Below are positions 20,296-30,700 of a stretch of 64,000 nucleotides of DNA, piece by piece. Below the pieces are notes generated by a model. That model searched no databases. It was not told where the DNA came from and saw nothing but the letters and a program-made list of their open reading frames with translations. The position numbers and the translations under genes were made by a program. The stretch is from Rhynchopus sp. YZ270_cl-10 (taxonomy: Eukaryota): assembly GCA_964035575.1 (NCBI GenBank), contig OZ037846.1, positions 1,116,001-1,180,000 of the forward strand, read 5' to 3'. Positions within the stretch are counted from its first letter, which is position 1. Every line of letters starts with the position of its first letter.

Positions 20296-21143
20296 GGTGT
20301 GGCTAAATCCAGTACAAAAACAGCACAAAAGAAGTACAAAAGAAGTACAAAAATTACACTTTATTTTGGGGGTGTTTTTCGCGAAAAATTATTTCCCTGT
20401 ATAAACTTTTTGGGGGTCGGGGTCGGGGGCTCGGGGGGAAATTTTTTTTTTGGCCTACAAAAAATTGGGGAATTTTTTTTTCTTCTTCGATTATTGGGAG
20501 TCTGTGCGTGCTGTGATGGGGTCACTTTGCGCTGAGAAATGAGTATTTTTGACCTAAAATGCATGCATCAGTTTTTACAGGGCATTTATAGGTTTAGTGT
20601 AAAATATGGTCAGTACTTGACCACTGAGGGTAAAGTGCAAAGTAAACGTGGGGCAGTTTGCATAGCTGCGAACTTTGCTGCATGTTGTGACCCACCATTT
20701 TACGGACGGAGCTCGTAGAACCCAATGAGGAGTGAGAAAGAAGGATATGGCCAACGAAAAAAGTAGCGTACCGTGCGCCTGCGGCGCAAGATTGCAACCC
20801 ACCCTTTCCCGTGACATAGTTCAGCAGCACAAATGTGCAAGTATAAGCGCAATTTTTTGAAATGTTGCGCACCTGGCTTCGCCAGAAACTTTCGTTCTAG
20901 CAAAATACTAGATAAAATTTACGGAACTGACGATAATTACCAACGACAGTGCCAATTTATGTCGACATTTTTCAGAAATGTTGCATACCGTGGCTTCGCC
21001 AGGAACTTTTGGGCCATGACTTGGGGCGATTGGGAAAGTACGAATTGGTACCAAAAATAAAAAAAACCCCCTTTTTTTGGGTATACAAAAAAAATACAAA
21101 AGAAGTACAAAAATTACACTTTATTTTTGGAGTTAGCCACACC
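20296..21143. mobile_element. Non-autonomous TIR element with GG termini and a 7-bp TSD
   Basis: TIR GGTGTGGCTAA / TTAGCCACACC; AATCAAT on both sides (20289-20295, 21144-21150). Confidence 0.8.
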
Positions 21144-21815
21144 AATCAATGTTTCATTTGTTTTTCTACATTTTTTTTTTAAAAATATCTCGTATCCTCT
21201 CCGACTTTTAGGGCGGGGGGGGGGTTTTTTCCGCACCCCCCCTGACTACCGCTGGAAAGGGGGGTGTTTATCTAACCGTGTGCAAAGATTATTTCCTTGT
21301 GTATTTTGTTATATTTGTTTTCAAGGTGACAAAGCAAGGGCTTCGGTTCATCTTTCAAACCCTTTTTTCTTTTCTTTTCTTTTTGTTCGGAATTCGGATT
21401 TTTTTTTTTAAACCCCTCCCCCGCCCTCTTCTCTTCCCCCGTTGTTTTGCCATTTCATCAGTTTTTTGTGCCCTTGTTTGTATTTTCTTTTTTGGTTTCT
21501 GAGTGAACATGGAAAAACTTTTCAAAAAAAAAAAGCTGTTCCAAAAAAAAAACTTGGCTTGAAGTGGTCTTACTGACGTCTTGTCTATGTAATAAAATAG
21601 TTTTTCTAGGTCTTCTACTTAGCCACCAATACAATAAATACCCACACAGGGGATGGGGGCAATGTCCCCCTCCTTTCCCCACCCAAACCCCCCTTTTATT
21701 TTTGATGTGTGTGTGTGCCTCACTAGTTTCGAGAAAAACAAAGCCTGATGTGGCACGTTGTCATGAAAGCAACATCCGACTGGGTATTTTTTTTTTTTTT
21801 TGGAAAGTGGAGATT

Positions 21816-24800
21816 CAGGGTCCTCAACCGTAGACAAAGTCTGGCCACAGATTTGTCTAAGTTAAAAAAAAAGGCTAAAAAAAAATTTTCGCGCTCCGCG
21901 CGAAAAGGTCCTGTACAAAGCTAAAAATTGGGGGCTTTTTTTTTTTGTGTTGCTTTTTCGAAACTCGTTAAGTGGTCTTTTCATTTCAATAGAAGAGTTC
22001 GACAAATGAACAATCACACCCCACCCCACCCCTTCGCCCCACCCGTACCCCTAACCCCATTGTCCCCCCAACCTGATAAGCATCACACAGAAACTCTAAC
22101 CTTCTTTCTTTTAAAGGCTTCAAAAATCCTTTGGATTTGGTCAGGCGTAAATTTATTCTCATTTGTCTCTGCCTGTTTGCACATAAGAATGCATAGCAGA
22201 CTTGAATCCAGCAGTTTGTTTCTGTAGCTATTCTTGACGTACTTCATGCCGTTGAAGCAGCGCTCGTCTTCAACTGATGTGACGGGGATTGACAACCCAA
22301 GCAAAACAAGATCCCTCATAATGGGGTAGGCGTCTCCTGCGGAACTTGTCAAGAATGTTGCGATCAGGTCCGAAGTGTCCTTTGTTGTAGTTCTCTTCGA
22401 CAAAACGTCCACCAGGATCCTCCATTCTTTCACAGCTACAGCTTTCTTTGTCTCCAGACTGTTCAGTTCTGGCGACTCCTCAACGAACGGCGTCGTGTCC
22501 ACGCTCAGTAACGGCGTTGTTTGAGTGCGCGATATCACAGTATGCTCCGTCTTGGAGTACTCTGGTCTCCCACGCGTCTTCTCGCCCACAACATCGTACT
22601 TTTTGTACTCGAGTGTATGCAGCTCAGTAAATTCCTCGATGAGCTTCTTCACCTCGGTGTTGCCGTAGATCGCCAGCCCGTCCGCGTTAGCAGGGAGGTT
22701 GCGGATGTCGAATACTGAGAAGCATCTCACAATGTCCATGTTCACGAATCGTTCACTGAGGCACTTCAGCAGCTCCTTGAGGTATGGCTTGCAGACCGTG
22801 TCGTGATGAATCGCAAAGTTCCGACGGGAAAGTTTTGTACCGTGGCATTGATTATACCTCGGTACCCATTCTGGGTAGAACGGGAACATGTTCGGGTTGG
22901 TTTCAAGCAACGACAATGACGCAACACATTTGTCGATGTGGCTGCAAACGGTGAGCAGGTTTGTGTTCCTGCTCTGGAGCGACGTCGACAGCACGTTCAA
23001 CTCGTCCAGGACCACCGTCATGAAGGACAACGTTGCAAAAAAACCGGGCTCTTTGATGTGCTGCGCGATGAACGGTGCTTCCACGTCGCCGGCCTCTCCA
23101 AGCTTGCACAGGGCGCTGTGCACGGCGGGGTACTCCTTGCGGACGGTGCTGCAACACCTGCCGTTGGTGAGCCACCGGGTGTCACCCGGCTTTGCGATGA
23201 GGATGTCACAGTACTCACACAAGTCGCGAAGTTCCTCCAGCATCTCCTCCAGGGTGTCGAGCTTAATCTTGGATCCCGAAAAAAAAACCCACACCCACCG
23301 CAGGCCGTCGAAGAACCGGGTAATCTCCGGCGATTTCCCCTCTGCCGCTGCTTCTGGGCCACAGAGTGCGAGGGAGTGTGCGTAGCACCAGGTGAAGAGG
23401 GCGCCTGGGTTTATGTCTGCACGGATTTGTTGTTGGCAGCCCTTGTTCGAGGAACGCATTGCCGATGCGCCATCAAACGAGCATCCACTCATCTTCCCGT
23501 AGTCGAGCCCGAGCTGGTCTATCCACTTCGTCAGCAACGATGCGTAACCAGCCCCCGTCTGGTCCTTCAGCTCACCCATCATGATGAGCTTCTCGACGGG
23601 GGTGGCACCGACCATGTATCGCACGACGAAGACGAGTTGCTCCTTCTTGCTGACGTCGCGTGAGCAATCCCCCGACAGGCCCCAGAAACGGGAGGCTTTG
23701 ACCTGCTTGAGGAGGTCTTCTGTCAACACCTCCGTGATGCAGGACATGATCTCTAAGACTGCACCGCAGCTGAGATAGCGTATTTGTTGTCTGAGGTATG
23801 CCTCCATGTCGGTGCACTCCAGCTTGTCTGCGAAAAAACTCAGAAACTCCTCCAAGTTAGAGTGCCCTACACCTTTGCGCGCGAGGAAAACAATAACCTC
23901 AATGCATATTTTCAGCATTTTTTGGTTGAACTCGACTTCTTTGTCGCTGTTGGCGTGCAACGTGTGAAGCACGGTTCCATTGGAAGCCTGCAGAGCGGCA
24001 GCCTTCACGAGACGTTGGTGTTTGGGGTCGCCTGCATGCGCAGGGAGGTCTCTGGCGAGCTTGGTCTTTGCATGAGAGAAAGCACCACAATACAAGCACT
24101 TGAACTTGTCTTCACCCACCACCAACCAGGGGGAAAAACGGTTCAAATGGCCCTGCACCGTGCTCTCCCGCAGACCCATACAACCTTTCTCCTGCGCTTC
24201 GCGTTTACGTTTCAGCGTGTTGGTGGAGTCGGTGTTCGCTGGTGCGGTCGTGGTGTTCGTGAGGTTGGGATTGTTCGTGTTGGAGTGCGTGGGACCTAAG
24301 AAGACAACATCGCCGTCAGAAGAGTACTCGTCGACATCATCGATTTCCATTGCTGCCTCGGGTTGCTCGGATGCTGCGTTGCGTCTCACTGGCACACATT
24401 GCTCCTCCTCCTCTTCTTCGGACGTTGAATCCACGTACTTAACAGCACTCACCTGTGGAGCCATCATCACCACACGTTTCTTCACCTTCTTGCCTTGCGA
24501 CACCTGGCTCTGCACAGACACGGCAGAGGCATCGCTGTCTCCCCCCTTCTCTGCTTCGTTCATGGCGAACTCATGCGCCTCCGCAACGATCGTCAGGATC
24601 GTCTTCCGCTTGCTCCCCTCCCTGTCGTCGTCCGCCAGTTTGGCGCGATCAAACTCCTTCAACCAGAGTTTGAGCACCTTGTTGGTGTCGTTCTGGTGGT
24701 TTTTAAACCCCCTCACCGTCCCCTCCGCCACAAGAAAAAGGTGAAGGGAAGCGAGCCGGGGTGTCGGACCATCGGGGATGGACTTGTACTTGCCTGAAGA

Positions 24801-25187
24801 CCACAGGTCGTAGTGCGTATCCCCTTTGTTGGGTTCCACCACACGTACCACAGGTGCCGCAACAGCTCCCTTCTTGAACATGGACACGATGGTGGGCTGT
24901 GCTTTGGAGGTCTTGGCAGTGGCAGGCATTTTTGCGGATGAGTTTGTTCAATTGTAGTTAGTCTGAGGAGGTGGCTTGTGTGGGTGGGTACAATGGGGTC
25001 CGCGCAGGTGAGGACTGAGGGAGTCTTGAGGGAACTCATTTTTTTTTTTTGTTTTCAGTAAAGCTTCTTCTCTTTCAAACCACCCAAAAACCCAAAACCC
25101 AGGTTTTGTCTAACTTAGACAAAGCGTTTTTCAAAAAAAAAAAAATTGTCTAAGTTAAGGCCTAACTTAGACAGGTTGAGGACCCTG
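21816..25187 (-). mobile_element. Complete, probably autonomous hAT DNA transposon (3372 bp)
   Basis: TIR CAGGGTCCTCAACC / GGTTGAGGACCCTG; perfect 8-bp TSD TGGAGATT (21808-21815, 25188-25195); subterminal TTGTCTAAGTTA repeats at both ends; intact transposase ORF. Confidence 0.95.
22083..24929 (-). CDS. hAT transposase (948 aa; DUF4371/ZMYM1-like type)
   Basis: Zinc finger PWL...CLYC...H...H; GDCSRDVSKKEQL (D), FDGASAM (D), CYAH (CxxH), TRW, SIPVTSVEDERCF (E, dimerization region). Confidence 0.92.
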   Translation of the reverse strand: MPATAKTSKAQPTIVSMFKKGAVAAPVVRVVEPNKGDTHYDLWSSGKYKSIPDGPTPRLASLHLFLVAEGTVRGFKNHQNDTNKVLKLWLKEFDRAKLADDDREGSKRKTILTIVAEAHEFAMNEAEKGGDSDASAVSVQSQVSQGKKVKKRVVMMAPQVSAVKYVDSTSEEEEEEQCVPVRRNAASEQPEAAMEIDDVDEYSSDGDVVFLGPTHSNTNNPNLTNTTTAPANTDSTNTLKRKREAQEKGCMGLRESTVQGHLNRFSPWLVVGEDKFKCLYCGAFSHAKTKLARDLPAHAGDPKHQRLVKAAALQASNGTVLHTLHANSDKEVEFNQKMLKICIEVIVFLARKGVGHSNLEEFLSFFADKLECTDMEAYLRQQIRYLSCGAVLEIMSCITEVLTEDLLKQVKASRFWGLSGDCSRDVSKKEQLVFVVRYMVGATPVEKLIMMGELKDQTGAGYASLLTKWIDQLGLDYGKMSGCSFDGASAMRSSNKGCQQQIRADINPGALFTWCYAHSLALCGPEAAAEGKSPEITRFFDGLRWVWVFFSGSKIKLDTLEEMLEELRDLCEYCDILIAKPGDTRWLTNGRCCSTVRKEYPAVHSALCKLGEAGDVEAPFIAQHIKEPGFFATLSFMTVVLDELNVLSTSLQSRNTNLLTVCSHIDKCVASLSLLETNPNMFPFYPEWVPRYNQCHGTKLSRRNFAIHHDTVCKPYLKELLKCLSERFVNMDIVRCFSVFDIRNLPANADGLAIYGNTEVKKLIEEFTELHTLEYKKYDVVGEKTRGRPEYSKTEHTVISRTQTTPLLSVDTTPFVEESPELNSLETKKAVAVKEWRILVDVLSKRTTTKDTSDLIATFLTSSAGDAYPIMRDLVLLGLSIPVTSVEDERCFNGMKYVKNSYRNKLLDSSLLCILMCKQAETNENKFTPDQIQRIFEAFKRKKVRVSV

Positions 25188-25453
25188 TGGAGATTGCACA
25201 AAACTGTGGCAACACAACCGAGACAACTGCACTACTCCAACAATTTGTCAACAACTAGACGATATCATCCGCCAACTGATCTTGATAACAATAAAAATCT
25301 AACAGTGTTTTTCGTTGAACGCAGCCAAATAGGAGTAAAAATCTGTTTGGCGCAAAGGTGAAGAGAATCAAAGGGGAAATACTGTTATACAAGATCTGAA
25401 CGGTGGCTTTCTTTTTGTCTAGTTCTGCTAGCTGAATACACTATGTGTTAGGG

Positions 25454-26148
25454 CAGGGTTTCCGCCAAGGGGGACCGGGGGGGACCATGGACCCCCCCAA
25501 TATTTTTCCCAGAAAAATCCGGATTTTTACAGGGGTTTGGGGGGGACCATGGTCCCCCCCAAGAAAAATGGGGTTTTGGAGGTTGTAGATGACCCCCCAT
25601 GGTCATGCGACCCCACCGTGCAGAGCATTTGGCTCGCTGTGCCAGAAGAAGTGGAAGAAAAAGGGGGTGGTGCAATCTTTTTAAAAAAGGGTAAAAGTAG
25701 CGTACCGTGCGCCTGCGGCGCTGTGTTGCTAGCTATGTGATATTGATATACTTCCATCGATACTTCCGTGCATTGCCCCTTTTTCTAAGGAGGCTTCGGT
25801 GCAAGGGACGGGTAGTTATTACATGTTGCCACTGCAGCACTGTAATGCTGTATCACCATACAATAGAAAAAGCAAACACCATCACCCTCCACTCTCACAG
25901 GACCCCTTACCTTGTTAAGCTTCCACCCCCGACCTCCAAACAAACCACCTCTACCAGACACACAGCTGTGAAGCTTGTCATGGCTGCTATCAAACCTGGT
26001 GCACCCTTCGCCTCTCCACTCTGTGGCCTGCAGGGAGGCGCGCGCGAAGCGCGCGACGACCGCTTTTGCGGGAGAAAAATTTTTTTTGGGGGGTCTTTTT
26101 GATGGTCCCCCCCAATTCCTGAAACCCCAAATCCTGGCGGAAACCCTG
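25454..26148. mobile_element. Non-autonomous CAG-ended TIR element with a 5-bp TSD
   Basis: TIR CAGGGTTTCCGCCA / TGGCGGAAACCCTG; TAGGG on both sides (25449-25453, 26149-26153). Confidence 0.85.
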
Positions 26149-26326
26149 TAGGGGGGAAAAAAAAAAATGTAACCTGTTGATGATGCAACTTTTGTGGCTC
26201 ACCCCAACCAATTTTTTTTTTTTTTTAAAGATGAGGAACGCATGAGGCATGCTTTAGTCAGGTCCATCTTATAAACTTTTTATTTTTCTTTATTGTTTCT
26301 CTCTTCCAAGAGAGTCTTTGCACAAA

Positions 26327-27395
26327 CAGTGTTTCCCACGGTGAGATTTTGGGGTGAGAAATCTCACAAAAAAAAAAAAAAAAAAAAAAGTGAGGTGAGA
26401 AATCTCACCTGCAGGAAAAAAAAAAAAAAAAAAAAAATCATGGTTGAACCACGGGAGTACCATGGGGAACTGGGTTGCTGACCGCACCATCCAGGCTGTA
26501 CCTCAATTTTTTTTTGCCTGCGGCGCCCAGTGTCTTATCCAGGAATCCAGATTTTAAGTTTGGGGGGGGTCAGTTTGTTTTTTTTTGCCCAAATTTTTTT
26601 TTCAGCACGACCAGGGAAAACATTGGGAACATAGTGAACTGTATATTTTTTTTTTGCGGAGCAAAAAAAAACAATATAAATGGCGCCGCAGGCGAAAATT
26701 TTTTTGGGTACGGTGTAAATGTATAGCTATTTACACCACGCCGAGGAAACACCTCAAACCCAGCTGAAAAAACTGACCCCCCCCACCGGCCCAAATTTCC
26801 GGAGAAAATTTGGGGGGGGTCACTGACCCCCCCCCAACCGGCCCAAAAAATACACTGGCGGCGCCATTTTCCCTTTTTTGCTCCGCAAAAAAGGGTTAGG
26901 TGTGTGACTATGTCCTGTAAAAAGATAGATTTTTACACTGTACCCTAATTTTTTTTCGCCTGCGGCGCCATTTGTTTGATTTTTTTTTTGCTCCGCAAAA
27001 ATCCCTATGTTCCCAATGTCCCTGGTCAGCAGTGCTGAGAAATTTTGGGCACAAAAACAAGCTGACCCCCCAATCTTCCAACGACAGTGACATTTATGTC
27101 AACAATTTTTAGAAATGTTGCGTACCGTGGCTTCGCTTGGGTGCCATGCCTGCCGTTTATTTTGTAAATGTACTGAGGTTACTGATAATTCGTGTACCAT
27201 GTGTGCCTGGTGCAAATATCAATGAAGTGCCGAACTCCGAGAAATTCTCACATTCCGCCGGAGGCCCCCAACTTGAGCTAAGGTGGGGACCCGGGCGCGC
27301 GAAGCGCGCCCGGGCTCGCCACACCTATACAAAAACCCGCAAAACCGCAAAATCTCACCTATTTTCAGAGTTAGGTGAGATGCTGGGAAACACTG
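26327..27395. mobile_element. Non-autonomous hAT-type element
   Basis: TIR CAGTGTTTCCCA / TGGGAAACACTG; 8-bp TSD TGCACAAA; subterminal GGTGAGA repeats. Confidence 0.88.
26528..26857. mobile_element. Nested hAT-type MITE
   Basis: Short TIR CAGTGT / ACACTG; 8-bp TSD GCGGCGCC (26520-26527, 26858-26865). Confidence 0.75.
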
Positions 27396-27789
27396 TGCAC
27401 AAAAAAAAAAAAAAAAGAAAAAACAAAAAATACGAATCCAAAAAAGGGAAGAAATGATGAAAACAACCAACAACGGAGGGGGAAAAAAAAATACGCCCCA
27501 CCCCACGAGGAAAATATCATCCTTTTCCAACTTTCCCAAAAAAGTGCAAAAAAAAAATTTTTTTGTTCTTAGTGTCGCTGCCTGCGTTGCTCTCGGATCT
27601 TTTTTCGCGTAGGTCAGTCAGATATGGATGGTGGCACCGTGCTTATGATCTCTATTTTAATGGCGTTGGTGATGTCCTTTTTTATTGTGCACAGCGCGCA
27701 TGAACAAGACTGAACGGCTGTTCTTATCAAGACTCCTCCCCTCCCCTCACAACACCCTCACACCTCACACACCATTGCAGGAATTTCCT

Positions 27790-30700
27790 ATGCATACCAA
27801 CATGGTGCTGCCGTTTCTTGCTATTTTTATGGCATCAGTTCTGCCAGTGTCAGGATTTGTGCAGTCGTTCACTCCCACAAGTGAAATGACGTTTGAGTGG
27901 TCGCTCAGCAGTGATGGCAACACGATGTCGATCTCGCTGATCTGCGACTTTGATAAGTGGTGTTCTGTTGCCTTTGGCTCAAGCATGAGTGACGCAGACA
28001 CAATCACGTGCTCCACAACCACGCCTGGATCGTGTGAGGATGCTCACTCTACGGGGCTGTTCCAACCACCACGCGACGCAGTGCAGAACCTGAACAGCAT
28101 CACTTCCACCACAAGCAACGGGAAGACGACCTACACAATGACACGTCTGATGAACACTGGTGACTCTGTGGACAGAGTGCTCGTTCTTGGCACCACACCA
28201 ATCATTTGGGGCATTGGGCCGAACCTCGACATCAGGACCACACACACGAAGAAGTCAGGTGCAACAATTCTTCTGACGATCAACGAGCCTCCTGCAACAC
28301 CGCCGCCCTCGAACTCTGTGTGGGTGCGTGGGTGTGGTGGGGCACGCATCCTCTCTGAAAACGAGATGACGATTGACTACGAAATGGGTTCGCTGGGTGC
28401 TGACGAGGCAGTGCAGTTCACAGTTGCCATCACTGGCACGTACAACTACGGGTCCATCGGGTTCCGGACGACTGGTGACGAGATGCAGAACTACGACATT
28501 CTTGCTTGGGACCTGTCGCAGGACAACATCGTGGACTACAACATCATGACTGTGCCTGAGGCCGCACCGTCTGGTGTGGACGGGCAGCAGGATGGTGTCT
28601 TTGTGTCGAGGACGGGGCGTACAGTGGTCTTCCGGAGAAGGCTGTCGACAGGTGATGCGCACGACTACGTCCTGCAGTCAGGCAGACAGTTTGAGCTTGG
28701 CTGGGCTGTGGGGTACGGCAGCCCCAACGACGGGACGTGGACGGAGCACCCTGAAGCAGACGATGCAGACGTCACGCTCAACGCTTGCCCTCCCACACCG
28801 TCCCCACCCGTCACGTCCGCACCTACAGCTTCACCACCAACCCCCATGCCACCCACACCACCAGCACCTGGTCAGTCGGGGACCGGTGCTACACCTGGAA
28901 GTCAGTTCTTCAGGCCAAACCAAGACATGTCGTTTGAGTGGTCAATGAGCACAGACGGGACAACACTGTTGATGACACTCGACTGCATTTCCACAAAGTG
29001 GTGTTCCATCGGGTTTGGCGCAAGCATGAGTGACGCAGACACAATCACGTGCTCCACAACCACGCCTGGATCATGTGAGGATGCTCACTCTACGGGTCTG
29101 TTCCAACCACCACGCGACGCAGTGCAGAACCTGAACAACGTGAACGCAGTGACCGCAAACGGGAGGACTGTCTTCACAATGACACGTCTGATGAACACTG
29201 GTGACTCTGTTGACAAAGTGCTTGTGCAGGGCACGGCGCCGCTTATCTGGGGTGTGGGTGTCGGTGAGGACATCCGTTTGACACATGCGACAAAGGGTGC
29301 CACGACCATCTTGCTCTCCACGAATGTCGCACCTGCAACACCAGCGCCTCCTACAGCCGCCACACAGCCTGCACCTGCACCTTCACCACCAACCCCCATG
29401 CCACCCACACCACCAGCACCTGGTCAGTCGGGGACCGGTGCCGCCCCTGGAAGTCAGTTCTTCAGGCCAAACCAAGACATGTCGTTTGAATGGTCAATGA
29501 GCACAGACGGGACAACACTGTTGATGACACTCGACTGCATTTCAACAAAGTGGTGTTCCATCGGGTTTGGCGCAAGCATGAGTGACGCAGACACAATCAC
29601 GTGCTCCACAACCACGCCTGGATCATGTGAGGATGCTCACTCTACGGGTCTGTTCCAACCACCACGTGATGCAGTGCAGAACCTGAACAACGTGAACGCA
29701 GTGACCGCAAACGGGAGGACTGTCTTCACAATGACACGTCTGATGAACACTGGTGACTCTGTTGACAAAGTGCTTGTGCAGGGCACGGCGCCGCTTATCT
29801 GGGGTGTGGGTGTCGGTGAGGACATCCGTTTGACACATGCGACAAAGGGTGCCACGACCATCTTGCTCTCCACGAATGTCGCACCTGCAACACCAGCACC
29901 TCCGACACCCGCACCCGTTGTTGGGCAGGCTGGACCGACATACTCAGTTGTGTTTGCACCTGAGTACAGCATGACATGGAGCATTGCAGGCGACGTCATC
30001 ACGTACGTCTTTACATGCAGCCCGGGTCTGTGGTGTGCCTTTGGGTTTGGGACGAGCATGGCGGATGCGGACACTTACACATGCTCGCAGTCATCGTGCT
30101 TTGATGGTCACTGCTCTGGGTACGTTGTTCAGGTGCAGGACGTGCTGAACGACGTGCTTTCGTACAGCATCGTGGGTGCGACAGACTACACGTTCTCGCG
30201 CAAGGTGGACACAATGGACGCTGTCGACACTGTCATCGTGAACCAAATGCAGGACGTGATCTGGGCGTACGGGCCGTACACAGCTGGCAACCTGGACACA
30301 CACGAGGCTGGCGGAAGCTTCGGGAGCTTGCAGATCAACTTTTTCACTGGTGCCTCAGCTTCGGTGGGGACGAACAAGCTGGTGTACCTGATCCTCATGT
30401 TTGTGCTGCTGTTGCTGCCTGCGATGTTCGTGCCACTGACAAAGCTGTGCTGCCGCAATGCGTTTGAGGCACCACGCTTCCTGGGAAGGATGATGGTGAA
30501 GGGAGTGGGTGTCTACGTGGTGGGAGTGATGTGGGCAGGTGCGGCAGTGTGCTTATACTACGCGAACGAGGACAGGCTGGTGTGGTACAAGTCCCTCGGC
30601 CACGTTGCGCAGCTGCTCCTGGGCATGAGCTTCTCGATGCCGTCTGGGAGGCAGAGCTGGATCTGGATCTGCTTTGGGATGCCTCACGAGAAGGTTGTGT

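Noticed and set aside
27685..27789. N-terminal extensions in the ORF track (also 35488, 40553, 440, 15932)
   Set aside because: They run through splice-acceptor or intron sequence and would bury the signal peptide.
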